DNA of 64,000 bases from Actinomycetota bacterium (GTDB taxonomy: Bacteria; Actinomycetota; Geothermincolia; Geothermincolales; RBG-13-55-18). Every line of letters begins with the position of its first letter. The first letter of the stretch is position 1. The stretch is taken from positions 79,940 to 143,939 of the forward strand of contig JACIXD010000006.1 in assembly GCA_014360645.1 (NCBI GenBank), in the 5' to 3' direction. The notes beneath the pieces are model-generated. The model made no database searches and was not told the origin of the DNA. It worked only from the letters and a program-made list of their open reading frames with translations. Positions 27,080-38,431 of the stretch are shown here, in pieces. A program made the position numbers and the translations under genes.

Positions 27080-27589
27080 TCATGCGCGGACCAGGTCTCT
27101 GTCCACCTCGATGCCCTCGTGGGCGAGGAGCATGGCCTTGATGTCCTCTCGTCCTCCGAAGCCCCCCAGCCCTCCGTCCGCCCTGATCACGCGGTGACAG
27201 GGGATGAAGATGGGAAAGGGGTTGTCGCGCAGAGCGTTGCCTGCCGCCCTCGCCGCACCCGCATGGCCGGCGCTCACGGCCACCTCGCGGTAGGAGAGCG
27301 TCTCTCCCCGCGGGATGGCGATGACCCGACGGTAGACCGCCTCCTGAAAAGGGGTGGGATGGAAGAGTCCCAGCAGGCGGAGGGAGAGGGCACGGTCGAT
27401 CGCCCCTCCCGCGAAGTAGACCGCCAGGGCGTCCTCCATCTCCGACACCAGCCGCGGGGGCCTCAACAGGCAGGGGACGGGCGGCCTGCCCACTTCCCCC
27501 AGGGTAAGGCGAGCCGGCTTGTCCCCCAGCAGGTAGATGCGCAGAACTCCCACCGGCGTCGCCATCTCGCGTACCGCGGGATGGATCAT
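27080..27589 (-). CDS. ogt: Methylated-DNA-protein-cysteine methyltransferase
   Basis: 169 aa with the active-site PCHRV motif. Overlaps the uvrC stop by 4 nt. Confidence 0.9.
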   Translation of the reverse strand: MIHPAVREMATPVGVLRIYLLGDKPARLTLGEVGRPPVPCLLRPPRLVSEMEDALAVYFAGGAIDRALSLRLLGLFHPTPFQEAVYRRVIAIPRGETLSYREVAVSAGHAGAARAAGNALRDNPFPIFIPCHRVIRADGGLGGFGGREDIKAMLLAHEGIEVDRDLVRA

Positions 27590-29535
27590 CCTTCCACCTC
27601 CCCTTCGCCGGCCTCCGCGCCCCTGCCACCGGCCGTGGACTCCTTCCTTTCCTCCCCGCTCTCCTCGGGATGGAAGGCACGGTAGAGGCTCTCGGCGCTG
27701 CGCCGGTCCATGAAACTGAGGGCCGCGAGCTCGGGCAGGGTGGCGGCCGCGATGGCCCTCACGCTGCCGTAGTGGCGCAGCAGCGCCTTCTTGCGTTTTG
27801 CCCCGATGCCCGGCACGCCGTCGAGCAGGGAAGCCCTCGTCCTCCTTCCGCGCTCGCGGCGGTGATACTCCAGGGCGTAGCGGTGCGCCTCGTCGCGTAT
27901 GCGCTGCAGGAGGTGCAGGGCCTCGCTGTCCCGGGGCAGCATCACCCGGGAGGGTTCTCCGGGCAGATGTATCTCCTCCAGGCGCTTGGCCAGCGAAGCC
28001 ACGGCGATATCCGTAAAACCGTGTTTATGCAGGGCCTTCAAGGCCGCCGCAAGCTGGCCTTCCCCCCCGTCGACCACCAGGAGGTCCGGCTTCTTATGGA
28101 AGGAATCGAGGCGCGGGCCCCTTCCGCCTTCCCGGGCCCGCCAGGCATGCTCGCCGGCGTCCCTGAGCCTGGAGAGGCGGCGGTCCAGCACCTCCTCCAT
28201 CATGGCCACGTCGTTCTGCCCCATGACCCCGCGGATGCGGAATCGCCGGTAGTCGCCGCGCGCCGGGATACCCGCCTCGAAGACCACCATGGAGCCCACG
28301 GCGTCGTCGGCGCCGAGGTTGGAGATGTCGTAGCACTCGATGCGGTAAGGCACCCGGGGCAGGCAGAGACCACTGTGGATCCCCTCCACGGCGCGCGATA
28401 TCCAGCCCAGGTCGCTCTCCAGCCGGGCCCGCTGCAGTCCGTGCGCGAGGCGGGCGTTCTCCACCACCTTCTCCACCAGACGGCGCTTCTCCCCCCGCTG
28501 CGGGACGCTCAACCGCACCGCCCTTCCCGCTTTCTCCCGCAGCCAGGCCTGCAGCGGCCCCATCTCCTCCTCGGGCGGGGTATGGGACAGCAACACCCGG
28601 GGCGGGACCGCGGTGGCGTCCATGTAATAGCGGGGGAGGAAGGCGGACAGCGCCTCTCCCTCGTCCTGGAGAGCGGGAAGAGTGGAATAATAATCCTGTT
28701 TCCCCAGTATCTTCCCGCCACGTACCGTGAACACCGTGATGCAGGCGTCGAGCTCATCGGCAAATATCCCGAACACGTCCTGATCCTCGCCCCGCAGGCT
28801 GTGCGCCTGCTGCCTCTCCAGGATGCGCTGCAGGGCCAGGATGCGGTCGCGCGTGCGCGCCGCGTTCTCGTATTCCAGGCGCGAGGCCTCGAGGCGCATG
28901 CGCTCCTCCAGCCCCCGCAGGATCTCCTCGTGTCCCCCCTCCATGAACTCGCGCACCCCGGCGATGATGCGCCCGTATTCCTCCCTGGTGACCTCGCCGG
29001 TACATGGCCCGCAACAGCGCCCGATATGGTATTCGAGGCACGGGCTGCCGGTGCTCTTGCCGGGCTCCCTTCCCCGGCAGGAGCGGAAGGGGAACACCTT
29101 GCGCAGGGTCTCGATGGCCTCGCGCACCGCGCCGGCGTGGGGAAAGGGGCCGTAATAGACGTTCTCGGGACGGCGCCTGCCGCGAACGAATATGACGCGG
29201 GGAAAGGCGTCCCCGGCGCAGATGGCCATGTAGGGATAGGATTTGTCGTCCCGGAACAGGATATTGTAGTCGGGGCGATGGCGCTTTATGAGGTTGGCCT
29301 CCAGGATGAGCGCCTCCACCTCGTTGGCGGTGACGATGAAGTCGACGGCCGCCGCCCGGGAGCGCAGCATCTCCAGGCGGGGGTTGTCGGGCTCTCCTCC
29401 CTGAAAATAGGAGGCCACGCGCTTGCGCAGGGACGCCGCCTTGCCCACGTAGATCACCCTGCCGGACGCGTCCTTGAAGAGATAGACCCCGGGTCCGTCC
29501 GGCAGCGAGGCCGCTGCCCCCTTCAGCTCGCTCAC
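27586..29535 (-). CDS. uvrC: Excinuclease ABC subunit C
   Basis: GIY-YIG (GVYLFKD...VIYVGKA), UvrBC interaction region, RNaseH-like and HhH2 domains. Start reassigned to GTG at 29533-29535. Confidence 0.93.
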   Translation of the reverse strand: MSELKGAAASLPDGPGVYLFKDASGRVIYVGKAASLRKRVASYFQGGEPDNPRLEMLRSRAAAVDFIVTANEVEALILEANLIKRHRPDYNILFRDDKSYPYMAICAGDAFPRVIFVRGRRRPENVYYGPFPHAGAVREAIETLRKVFPFRSCRGREPGKSTGSPCLEYHIGRCCGPCTGEVTREEYGRIIAGVREFMEGGHEEILRGLEERMRLEASRLEYENAARTRDRILALQRILERQQAHSLRGEDQDVFGIFADELDACITVFTVRGGKILGKQDYYSTLPALQDEGEALSAFLPRYYMDATAVPPRVLLSHTPPEEEMGPLQAWLREKAGRAVRLSVPQRGEKRRLVEKVVENARLAHGLQRARLESDLGWISRAVEGIHSGLCLPRVPYRIECYDISNLGADDAVGSMVVFEAGIPARGDYRRFRIRGVMGQNDVAMMEEVLDRRLSRLRDAGEHAWRAREGGRGPRLDSFHKKPDLLVVDGGEGQLAAALKALHKHGFTDIAVASLAKRLEEIHLPGEPSRVMLPRDSEALHLLQRIRDEAHRYALEYHRRERGRRTRASLLDGVPGIGAKRKKALLRHYGSVRAIAAATLPELAALSFMDRRSAESLYRAFHPEESGEERKESTAGGRGAEAGEGEVEG

Positions 29536-29543
29536 CCCGGACC

Positions 29544-32429
29544 TCACCCCGCTTTCTCTCTTGTTTCGAGGCCCAGCAGAGGACGCAGGAACTCTCCGGT
29601 ATAGGAGCCGGGGGTCGCCGCCACCTCCTCCGGCGTCCCCTCCGCCACCACGCGGCCCCCCTCCCCGCCTCCCTCGGGACCGAGGTCGATCACCCAGTCC
29701 GCGCACTTGATCACGTCCAGGTTGTGCTCGATGATGAGCACGGTATTGCCCGCGTCCACCAGCCCCTGGAGCATGTCCAGGAGCTTGGCGATGTCGTCGA
29801 AATGGAGGCCCGTTGTGGGCTCGTCCAGGAGATAGAGGGTGCGTCCCGTGGCGCGCCTGTTCAGTTCAGAGGCGAGCTTCACCCGCTGCGCCTCGCCGCC
29901 GGAGAGGGTTGGCGCGGGCTGCCCGAGCTTTATGTACCCCAGGCCCACGTCGTTGAGGGTCTGCAGGTGGCGACGGATGGGAGGGATGGCGGAAAAGAAT
30001 TCCAGCGCCTCCTCGACGGACATCTCCAGCACCTGGCTGATGTTGCGTCCCTTGAAGGTCACCTGCAGGGTCTCCTCGTTGTACCTCTTGCCCTTGCAGA
30101 CCTCGCAGGGGATGAAGACGTCGGGCAGGAAGTGCATCTCTATCTTGATGGTGCCGTCGCCGCGGCAGGCCTCGCACCGGCCTCCCCGCACGTTGAAGCT
30201 GAACCTGCCGGGCCTGTAGCCCCGCGCACGGGCCTCCACCGTCTGGGCGAAGACGGCGCGTATGCGGTCGAATACCCCGGTGTAGGTGGCGGGGTTGGAG
30301 CGCGGGGTGCGACCGATGGGGCTCTGGTCGATGTTGATGACCTTGTCGATGTGCTCCAGGCCCAAGATGCCGGCGTGTTTCCCCGGGGGCACTTTGGAGC
30401 GGTAGAGCCTCCTCGCCAGCCCGCGGTAGAGGACGTCGTGCACCAGGGTGCTCTTTCCCGACCCCGAGACGCCGGTCACGCACACCAGCCTTCCCAGCGG
30501 TATCTCCACGTCGATCCCCTTGAGGTTGTGCTCCTCCGCCCCCTTTATCACCAGGCTGCGCCCGTTGCCGGCGCGGCGTGCACCGGGCGGCCGGATGGAC
30601 CGGTCGCCGCGCAGGTAGCTGGCGGTTATGGAATCCCGGTGCTGCAGAAGCCCCTGCAGGGGACCGCTGTAGACGATCTCTCCTCCGTGCTCCCCCGCCC
30701 CCGGCCCGATGTCCACCACCCAGTCTGAGGCGCGGATGGTGGCCTCGTCGTGCTCCACCACGATGAGGGTGTTGCCGAGGTCGCGCAGGCCTTCCAGGGT
30801 GGCGATGAGGCGGCGGTTGTCGCGCTGGTGAAGTCCTATGGACGGCTCGTCGAGGATGTACAACACCCCCACCAGCCCGCTCCCGATCTGGGTGGCGAGG
30901 CGTATGCGCTGCGCCTCCCCGCCCGCCAGGGTGGAGGCCGCGCGGTCGAGGGAGAGGTAATCAAGGCCCACGTCCACGAGGAAACCCAGGCGCGCCGACA
31001 GCTCTTTGAGGATGCGGCGCGCGATGGCCTCCTCGGTGGGGCTCAAGGGAAGACTTGACAGGAAGCGTGCGCACTCGCGGATGGAAAGGCATGAGAGCTG
31101 GTGGATGTTCAGGCCCCCCACGGTGACCGCGAGGCTGGCCGGCTTCAGCCGTGCACCACCGCAGGCGGGGCAAGGCCTGAGGTTCATGTACTGGGAGATG
31201 CGGGCGCGAGCGTATTCCGAGTCCGTCTCCGCGTAACGCCGCTCCAGCCACCTGATCACCCCCTCGTAGCGTGTGAAGTAGGCGCGCGCGTAGCCTCGGC
31301 GGCTGCGGTAGCGCACGTACACCTTCTCCTCCCCAGTGCCGTAGAGGATCTTCTCCCTTATCTCCGCGGGTAGCTCGCCGAAGGGAGTGCGCGTGCTGAA
31401 CTCGTACTTCTCGGCCAGCGCTTCCAGGAGGCGGTATGCGTAGGTGGAGGTGGCGGCGCTGGGCCAGGCCGCTATGGCCCCCTCCTCGATGCTCAGGGTG
31501 GGGTCGGGCACCACCAGCTCGGGATCGATGACCTGGAGGTATCCAAGCCCGCTGCATTCCGGGCACGCTCCGTAGGGGCTGTTGAAGGAGAACATGCGCG
31601 GCTCCAGCTCCGGCAGGTTGACGTCGCACTGCGGGCAGGAGAAATGCTCGCTGTACCAGCGGTCCTCCTCCCCCTCCGCCCCGACCACCACCATGCCCCC
31701 TCCGAGCTCGAGCGCGGTCTCTAGGGAGTCCGCCAGGCGGCGGCGCAGGCCTTCCTTGATCACCAGGCGGTCCACCACCACCTCGATGTCGTGCCGTACG
31801 TACCTCTCCAGGCGTATGTCCTCTTCCAGGTCTACGTAACGTCCGTCCACCCGCGCCCTGGCGAACCCCTTTCCCCTCATCTCCGCCAGGAGCCGCGAGT
31901 ACTCACCCTTGCGCCCGCGCACCAGGGGGGCGAGGATGTAGAGGCGCGTCCCGGGCTCGTAGGCGAGCACCTTCTCGATGATCTGCTGCGCGGTCTGGCG
32001 CTCGATGGGCCGGCCGCAGGACGGGCAGTGCGCCCTGCCTATGCGCGCGTAGAGGAGGCGGAGGTAGTCGTGGATCTCTGTGATGGTCCCCACCGTGGAG
32101 CGGGGATTCCTGGTGGCGCTCTTCTGGTCGATGGAGATGGCCGGGGAGAGCCCGTCGATGTGGTCCACGTCGGGCTTCTCCATCTGGCCCAGGAACTGTC
32201 TGGCGTAGGCGGACAGGGACTCCACGTACCTGCGCTGCCCCTCGGCGTAGATGGTGTCGAAGGCCAGGGACGACTTGCCGCTTCCCGAGAGGCCGGTCAT
32301 GACGATGAGCCTGCCCCGGGGCAGCCTGAGGTGGACGTTCTTGAGGTTGTGCTCACGCGCGCCGCTGATGACTATCCATTCCGTATACGGCGGCACCTCC
32401 GGCAGCTCGGTCGCTCCCTCCATCACCAT
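29544..32429 (-). CDS. uvrA: Excinuclease ABC subunit A
   Basis: 961 aa. Two ABC ATPase cassettes with zinc-finger insertions. Confidence 0.97.
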   Translation of the reverse strand: MVMEGATELPEVPPYTEWIVISGAREHNLKNVHLRLPRGRLIVMTGLSGSGKSSLAFDTIYAEGQRRYVESLSAYARQFLGQMEKPDVDHIDGLSPAISIDQKSATRNPRSTVGTITEIHDYLRLLYARIGRAHCPSCGRPIERQTAQQIIEKVLAYEPGTRLYILAPLVRGRKGEYSRLLAEMRGKGFARARVDGRYVDLEEDIRLERYVRHDIEVVVDRLVIKEGLRRRLADSLETALELGGGMVVVGAEGEEDRWYSEHFSCPQCDVNLPELEPRMFSFNSPYGACPECSGLGYLQVIDPELVVPDPTLSIEEGAIAAWPSAATSTYAYRLLEALAEKYEFSTRTPFGELPAEIREKILYGTGEEKVYVRYRSRRGYARAYFTRYEGVIRWLERRYAETDSEYARARISQYMNLRPCPACGGARLKPASLAVTVGGLNIHQLSCLSIRECARFLSSLPLSPTEEAIARRILKELSARLGFLVDVGLDYLSLDRAASTLAGGEAQRIRLATQIGSGLVGVLYILDEPSIGLHQRDNRRLIATLEGLRDLGNTLIVVEHDEATIRASDWVVDIGPGAGEHGGEIVYSGPLQGLLQHRDSITASYLRGDRSIRPPGARRAGNGRSLVIKGAEEHNLKGIDVEIPLGRLVCVTGVSGSGKSTLVHDVLYRGLARRLYRSKVPPGKHAGILGLEHIDKVINIDQSPIGRTPRSNPATYTGVFDRIRAVFAQTVEARARGYRPGRFSFNVRGGRCEACRGDGTIKIEMHFLPDVFIPCEVCKGKRYNEETLQVTFKGRNISQVLEMSVEEALEFFSAIPPIRRHLQTLNDVGLGYIKLGQPAPTLSGGEAQRVKLASELNRRATGRTLYLLDEPTTGLHFDDIAKLLDMLQGLVDAGNTVLIIEHNLDVIKCADWVIDLGPEGGGEGGRVVAEGTPEEVAATPGSYTGEFLRPLLGLETREKAG

Positions 32430-32610
32430 CCCCGTTCCGTAGAAGTGTCCGGACCCGGACCATGGCGCCCCTGCCCGGTCTCATAGACGGCGCTCGCCTC
32501 CGTGCGGGGGCCGGTTGCCCGGCCTCTCCCCGCCCCCCGCCCTCACGACCCGGGAAAGCTCCGCGCCTCCCTTGCCGGCAATGGCCGTGCGCCCATGGCG
32601 TGGGAGGTCC

Positions 32611-34623
32611 TCAAACGCCGCCGGCCCTCTCCCGCTCCGCCCGACGGCGCAGGCGTTTCTTGAGGTCGGCGATCTCGTCTCGCAGGCGCGCCGCGTACTC
32701 GAAGCGGAGGTCGTCGGCGGCCAGCCGCATCTCCTCCTCGAGGCCGGCGATGAGCCTTTCCAGCTCGGGGAGGGGCATCTCCTCCTGCTCCCTCCTGCGC
32801 ACGCGGTAGGGAGCCTTCTCGTCCGGGACCAGGACCATATCCATTATATCGCTCACGCGCTTGCGGACCGTCTGGGGGTCTATGCCGTGCTCTCGGTTGT
32901 AGGCTATCTGCAGGGCGCGCCTGCGCTCCGTCTCCTCCAGGGCCCGGCGCATGGACTCGGTGACCTCCGAGGCGTACATGATCACCTCCCCGTGCACGTT
33001 GCGCGAGGCTCTCCCGATGGTCTGGATGAGGGAACGCTCGTTGCGTAAAAATCCCTCCTTGTCGGCGTCCAGGATGGCCACCAAAGACACCTCGGGCAGG
33101 TCGAGGCCCTCGCGCAGCAGGTTGATGCCCACCAGGACGTCGAACTCCCCCGTGCGCAGGTCGCGTATGATCTCCACGCGGTCCAGGGTGTCGATCTCGG
33201 AGTGCAGGTAGCGCACCCTGAGGCCCATCTCCAGGAGGTAATCGGTGAGGTTCTCCGCCATGCGCTTGGTGAGGGTGGTCACCAGGGTGCGCTCGTCGCG
33301 CTCCACGCGGCGCCGTATCTCCGCCATGAGGTCGTCTATCTGGCCCCGGGCGGGACGCACCGAAAGCTCGGGGTCCACCAGGCCGGTGGGGCGGATGATC
33401 TGCTCGACCACCCGCGCGGAGAGACCCAGTTCCCAGTCCCCGGGGGTGGCGCTCACGCAGATCACCTGGTTTACCCGGGATAGGAACTCCTCGAAGCGCA
33501 GGGGGCGGTTGTCCAAGGCGGAGGGGAGGCGGAAACCGTATTCCACCAGGGTGCGCTTGCGCGACATGTCGCCCTCGTACATGCCGCGCAGCTGGGGCAC
33601 GGTGATGTGGGACTCGTCTATGAACACCAGGTAATCCTCGGGGAAGAAATCCAGCAGGGTATAGGGGGGCTCGCCGGGCCTCCTGCCGTCCAGGTGCCGG
33701 GAATAGTTCTCCACCCCGGAACAGTACCCCATCTCCCGCAGCATCTCCAGGTCGTAGGTGGTGCGCTGCAGCAGCCTCTGCGCCTCCAGGAGCTTACCCG
33801 CCGCCTCCAGCTCCGCCACGCGTCCCTCCAACTCCTCGCGTATGGACTCCACGGCGCGCCGCAGGTTCTCCTCACTGGTGAGATAATGGGTGGCCGGGTA
33901 CACCGCGAGGCGCTCCTCCCTGCTCAACACCTCCCCGGTGAGGGGGTCGATGACGGTGACCCGCTCCAGCTCGTCCCCGAAGAACTCTGCCCGGACCACT
34001 CTCTCCTCGTAGCTGGGATAGATTTCCAGGGTATCCCCCTTGAGCCGGAAGGCGCCGCGCGCCAACTCGTAGTTGTTGCGCACGTACTGCATGTCCACCA
34101 GCTGGCGCACCACCGCCTCCAGGTCGTACTCCCTGCCTCGCTCGAGGATGAGCACCCGGTTCAGGTACTCCTGGGGGCTCCCGAGGCCGTAGATGCAGGA
34201 CACCGAGGCCACGATGATCACGTCGCGGCGCGACAGCAAGGCCGAGGTGGCGCGGTGGCGCAGGCGGTCGATGTCCTCGTTTATGGAGGTGTCTTTCTCT
34301 ATGTAGGTGTCCGAGCGGGGCACGTAGGCCTCCGGCTGGTAATAATCGTAATAGCTGACGAAATATTCCACGGCGTTCTCCGGGAACAGCTCGCGGAACT
34401 CGTTGCAGAGCTGCGCCGCCAGGGTCTTGTTGGGGGCGATGACCAGGGCGGGCCGGTCCACAGCGTCGATCACGTGGGCCATGGTGAAGGTCTTCCCGGA
34501 ACCCGTCACCCCCAGGAGGGTCTGCACGCGCTCGCCTGCCCGCAGCCCCTCCACCAGGGAGGCGATGGCCCGGGGCTGGTCGCCGCGGGGAGTGAGGTCT
34601 GCGGCGATGCGGAATCCTCCCAT
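32611..34623 (-). CDS. uvrB: Excinuclease ABC subunit B
   Basis: Helicase motifs ([12 protein letters not shown]), beta-hairpin, C-terminal UVR domain. Start reassigned to the internal Met ([10 protein letters not shown]). Confidence 0.95.
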   Translation of the reverse strand: MGGFRIAADLTPRGDQPRAIASLVEGLRAGERVQTLLGVTGSGKTFTMAHVIDAVDRPALVIAPNKTLAAQLCNEFRELFPENAVEYFVSYYDYYQPEAYVPRSDTYIEKDTSINEDIDRLRHRATSALLSRRDVIIVASVSCIYGLGSPQEYLNRVLILERGREYDLEAVVRQLVDMQYVRNNYELARGAFRLKGDTLEIYPSYEERVVRAEFFGDELERVTVIDPLTGEVLSREERLAVYPATHYLTSEENLRRAVESIREELEGRVAELEAAGKLLEAQRLLQRTTYDLEMLREMGYCSGVENYSRHLDGRRPGEPPYTLLDFFPEDYLVFIDESHITVPQLRGMYEGDMSRKRTLVEYGFRLPSALDNRPLRFEEFLSRVNQVICVSATPGDWELGLSARVVEQIIRPTGLVDPELSVRPARGQIDDLMAEIRRRVERDERTLVTTLTKRMAENLTDYLLEMGLRVRYLHSEIDTLDRVEIIRDLRTGEFDVLVGINLLREGLDLPEVSLVAILDADKEGFLRNERSLIQTIGRASRNVHGEVIMYASEVTESMRRALEETERRRALQIAYNREHGIDPQTVRKRVSDIMDMVLVPDEKAPYRVRRREQEEMPLPELERLIAGLEEEMRLAADDLRFEYAARLRDEIADLKKRLRRRAERERAGGV

Positions 34624-34624
34624 A

Positions 34625-35356
34625 CTAGAGGTCACCTCGCGCCAGCAACTCCGGGAGCTCCCTGAGGTCGCGCACGCGTTCGCCGCCGAAATCCGGGAAC
34701 CTTCCCCAACGGTCCAGGAGCACCGCCCGCATGCCCGCCTCCCTCGGTCCCCGGTAGTCGGAGAGGGGCGAGTCCCCGACGTGCAGCGCCCGGCGGGCAT
34801 GCACCCCGGCCCTGCGCAGCGCCAGGGCGTAGATCTCCGGGTGAGGCTTTTCGTATCTCTCGCGGCCCGAGATCACCATTACCTCGAAGTGGCGGCTGAG
34901 GTCCAGGTCGTCGAGGAGGTCCTGCAGCCAGGCCTCGAAGTTGGAGATGATGCCCAGGCGGTAGCCTTCCTCCCTCAAGCGTGCGAGGGTCTCGGGCACG
35001 TCGTGGTAAGCTGTGTAGTTGGCGGGATCGGAGAAGGTGCGGTAGAGGTGGAGGGGAAGGTCTCCGTCGGCCTCTTCTCCTCCCAGCTCCCGCACCAGGC
35101 GCGAATAGAAGTCAAGCCAGAAACGCCGGGATTCCTCCGCGTCGTTGGTGAAGGTATATCCCTCCTTCTGGCGTTCCTCAACCCCCGCCATGAGGCAACG
35201 CGTGGCCGCCGGCAGCAGCGAGAGGTCCACCTCGAGCCCGTGGGAGGCGCAGACCTGCTTGAAGAGCTGGGGGAAGGAGGGCTCGGGGTGGACGAGGGTC
35301 TCTCCCGCGTCGAAGAACACCATCTCCGTCCCCCTCTCCGCGGGCGGGTTTGTCAT
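34625..35356 (-). CDS. HAD-superfamily hydrolase (subfamily IA)
   Basis: 243 aa with the DxG nucleophile motif ([10 protein letters not shown]) and C-terminal GDSxxD (HVGDSPLSD). Confidence 0.8.
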   Translation of the reverse strand: MTNPPAERGTEMVFFDAGETLVHPEPSFPQLFKQVCASHGLEVDLSLLPAATRCLMAGVEERQKEGYTFTNDAEESRRFWLDFYSRLVRELGGEEADGDLPLHLYRTFSDPANYTAYHDVPETLARLREEGYRLGIISNFEAWLQDLLDDLDLSRHFEVMVISGRERYEKPHPEIYALALRRAGVHARRALHVGDSPLSDYRGPREAGMRAVLLDRWGRFPDFGGERVRDLRELPELLARGDL

Positions 35357-35451
35357 GGGCGCTTACCGTCCTCTATCATTAATCCAACAAGGGCTCGATC
35401 GAGCCCCTGATATGAATGATAGCACGCCGACGGGCGGGGAGGTCGATGGTT

Positions 35452-35667
35452 ATGGCGCGCAACACCTGCCGCTCCCTGAGGGGATGTCCGGCCAGCCAGT
35501 ACCTCTACTGCGAGGCCTACCTGAAGGGCCTGGAATGCTGGCAGATCGAGGAACCGCGCTGTTCGCGCGAGCTGCGCTACTGCCTGCAGTACGGGTGCCC
35601 CGTCTACGAGCGCTACAAGGAGGAGATCGAGGAGGCCCTCCGGGAGAGAGCCCTGGAGCGGCGCTGA
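35452..35667 (+). CDS. Small (71-aa) cysteine/tyrosine-rich protein of unknown function, on the strand opposite to all neighbours
   Basis: ATG at 35452 preceded by GGGGAGG (9-nt spacer). GC3 is ~90 %, matching genomic coding bias. 7 Cys at spacings 6/8/9/8/7/5 (CRSLRGC...YC...EC...RC...YC...GC). Sits in the 345-bp gap between the HAD and coaE genes. Confidence 0.6.
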   Translation: MARNTCRSLRGCPASQYLYCEAYLKGLECWQIEEPRCSRELRYCLQYGCPVYERYKEEIEEALRERALERR

Positions 35668-35700
35668 CGCCGGCCGGCGAGGCGATATGCGCTCGCCATC

Positions 35701-36330
35701 TCACCCTTCCTTATCGCGTTTCTCCCTCGCCTTGGCATCTATGGCCTTCCAGGCGGCCTCCACCTCGCGGCGCAGTTCCTCCATGCTTCCCTGGTTGCGT
35801 ATCACGTGATCGGCGTAGGCCAGCCTTTCCTCCCGCGAGACCTGGGAGCGGATGCGCGCCCAAGCCTCTTGCTCGGAGATGCCGCGGTCGGATACCTGCC
35901 TCTGCGCCTGCAGCTCCGGCGGTGCGTCCACCACCAGGGTGAAGTCGAACATGTCTCCCGCCCTCACGTCCACCAGCAGGGGTATGTCCAGCACCGCTAT
36001 GCCTTCGGGCCCGTGATCCTCCTCCCATGCGCGCAGGCGTTCGAACATGAGCTGGAAGATGCGGGGGTGGGTGACGCGGTTGAGGAAAGCCCTCTCCTCC
36101 TCGTCGGCGAAGACGATCTGGCCCAGCCTGGCGCGGTCGATCTCCCCCTCCCCGTTCAGCACCTCGGGGCCGAAATGCTCCACGATCTCACGCCAGGCGG
36201 GCTGCCCTTTTCTCACCACCTCCCGCGCCAGGCGGTCGGTCTCGATGACGTAGGCGCCCTTCTCCTCCAGCATCCTGCACACGGTGCTCTTTCCGCTGGC
36301 TATGCCGCCCGTCAGGGCCACCAGGAACAA
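35701..36330 (-). CDS. coaE: Dephospho-CoA kinase
   Basis: P-loop LTGGIASGKST. 209 aa. TTG (36330) or GTG (36321) start. Confidence 0.92.
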   Translation of the reverse strand: MFLVALTGGIASGKSTVCRMLEEKGAYVIETDRLAREVVRKGQPAWREIVEHFGPEVLNGEGEIDRARLGQIVFADEEERAFLNRVTHPRIFQLMFERLRAWEEDHGPEGIAVLDIPLLVDVRAGDMFDFTLVVDAPPELQAQRQVSDRGISEQEAWARIRSQVSREERLAYADHVIRNQGSMEELRREVEAAWKAIDAKAREKRDKEG

Positions 36331-36763
36331 GGGTCTCTCCTTCCCTTTACGCCTTGCCTCGCGCCCCCGTGTCCGCCGGGGTGTTGTTCACAGTATTCGC
36401 CCTGCCCCGACCGCTATCCCGCGGACGAGGGCGGGGAACGCGGTTCTTTTCCTGCGTCGATCTGTCAGGCGCGACGCGTCTCCGGGAGCCGATCTCATCT
36501 ACGTTTTCAGCATCAACAGAGGTCGCGCGGCTTCGGGCTCCGCGAAAATGATCTGCCGGGATCTTCCGTCATCGCCAGAACGGGCTCTGACCGGTATGGC
36601 CTCGTGGAAGGCTTCTGCTCTTGCCGCCGGAAGCGCTCTCCGGGGCGAAGGTTTCTCCCGCCTTCGCCGCCGCCCGCGACGTCTGGTCAAATGGAAATTG
36701 ATGGTTATGAACCGCCAAAATCACGGGGGCAACCCGCTTACGGCGGTCACCGGGTATCCGGCC

Positions 36764-38431
36764 TCAATTCTGTTTGCGTTTCATGTCCCGGATGATGGAT
36801 TCGAGGCTTCCCTCCGGAGGTTCTTCCTCTTCCTCCTCCACCGCCTCCAGACGCTCCCCGGATGCCTCCGCCTCCTCGGGTCCGGCCACCGATGCCGTCT
36901 CCTCCTCGAAGGACGCACCCGCCGCCTCTTCAGAGGGGGGCTCTCCGCCCGTCTCCGCGGGCTGCAATTCCGCGGCCTCCTCGAGGACGCTCTCCCCCGC
37001 CGTCTCCACCGGGGTCGCTTCCCCGGCCACGGGGGGCGCTTCCTCTACCTGCTCCGCGGCCGCGGCTTCCTCCGCTGCCGCCTCCGCTTCCTCTTCCCTC
37101 TCCTCGGCCGGCTCCTCCGCCGTCACCGCGGCGGTTTCGGTGGAGGCCTCGTGGAGGGCGGCTTCCGCCTCCGCGACCCCCTCCCCGGCAGCGGCAACCT
37201 CTTCATCCGCTGCCCCGGCGGCCTCGGCTACCTCGGCGACCTCCGCGGCCTCCTCAGCTGGCTCTTCCTCCTCCGCCTCATAAACCGCGTCCGCGGCTCC
37301 CGGGACCTGCTTGAGACTGAGGCTTATGCGCCTGCGGTCGATGTCGATATCGATGACTTTGACGTCTATCTCCTGGTTGACCGAGAGCACCTCGTCCGGC
37401 TGCTCTACGTGCCGGCGCGAAAGCTCCGAGATATGGATCAGGCCTTCGATGCCCGGCCTTACCTGTACGAAGGCTCCGAAGGGAACCAGCTTGGTGACCG
37501 TGCCCCGGATGATCTCCCCTATCATCACGTCCTGGGAGAGCTGCTCCCAGGGATCCGCCTGGCAGGCCTTGAGGCTCAAAGATATGCGCTCACGCTCCCG
37601 GTCTACGTCGAGGATCTCCACCTCCACCTCGTCGCCCACCGAGAGCACCTCGCTGGGCTTCTCCACGTGGCACCAGGACAGCTCCGAGATGTGCACCAGG
37701 CCGTCTATGCCGCCGAGGTTGATAAAGGCTCCGAAGGACACCAGGCTGGAGACCTTGCCGCTCACCCGCATGCCCTTGTCCAGGTTCTCCAGGAGTATCT
37801 TCCTGCGTTCGCTTGCCGTCTCCTCCATGAACGCCCGCCGCGAGAGCACCACGTTGTTGCGGTTGCGGTCCATCTCGATGATCTTGCAGGTGAGCTGGGT
37901 GCCCAGGAAGGAATGGAGGTCCTTTACGCGGTGCACGTCGATGAGGGAGGCGGGAAGAAAGCCTCGCAGGCCTATATCCAGGATGAGGCCTCCCTTCACC
38001 ACCTCGATGACCTCGCCCTCCACGGGCTCGTTCTCCATCATCTTCTTCTCCAGCAGGTCCCAGGAGCGTTCGTACTGGGCCCTTTTCTTGGAGAGGATGA
38101 GGCGCCCTTCCTTGTCCTCCTTCTGGAGCACCAGGGCGTCGATCTCGTCGCCCACCTTCACCACTTCCTCCGCCTTGACGCCGTAGCGGATGGACAGCTC
38201 GCGGGCCGGGATCACCCCCTCGGATTTGTAGCCGATGTCCAGGAGGACCTCGTCCTTGTCCACCTTCACCACCGTTCCGGCGATGATGTCCCCCTCGGAG
38301 AAGACCTTGATGGTCTTGTCGTAGTTGGGGGTCTCGCTGTCTGAGTAGTCGAAGTTGGTCAGGGGGGTGGACAGTTCGGGGGTCTCAGGGGGGTTTACAA
38401 ACTCGCGCTCTCTTTCCGTTTGATCCAGCAT
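36764..38431 (-). CDS. rpsA: 30S ribosomal protein S1 with ~190-aa acidic low-complexity C-terminal tail
   Basis: Four S1 domains followed by a Glu/Ala-rich tail that ends in a basic ...IRDMKRKQN. Confidence 0.92.
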   Translation of the reverse strand: MLDQTEREREFVNPPETPELSTPLTNFDYSDSETPNYDKTIKVFSEGDIIAGTVVKVDKDEVLLDIGYKSEGVIPARELSIRYGVKAEEVVKVGDEIDALVLQKEDKEGRLILSKKRAQYERSWDLLEKKMMENEPVEGEVIEVVKGGLILDIGLRGFLPASLIDVHRVKDLHSFLGTQLTCKIIEMDRNRNNVVLSRRAFMEETASERRKILLENLDKGMRVSGKVSSLVSFGAFINLGGIDGLVHISELSWCHVEKPSEVLSVGDEVEVEILDVDRERERISLSLKACQADPWEQLSQDVMIGEIIRGTVTKLVPFGAFVQVRPGIEGLIHISELSRRHVEQPDEVLSVNQEIDVKVIDIDIDRRRISLSLKQVPGAADAVYEAEEEEPAEEAAEVAEVAEAAGAADEEVAAAGEGVAEAEAALHEASTETAAVTAEEPAEEREEEAEAAAEEAAAAEQVEEAPPVAGEATPVETAGESVLEEAAELQPAETGGEPPSEEAAGASFEEETASVAGPEEAEASGERLEAVEEEEEEPPEGSLESIIRDMKRKQN

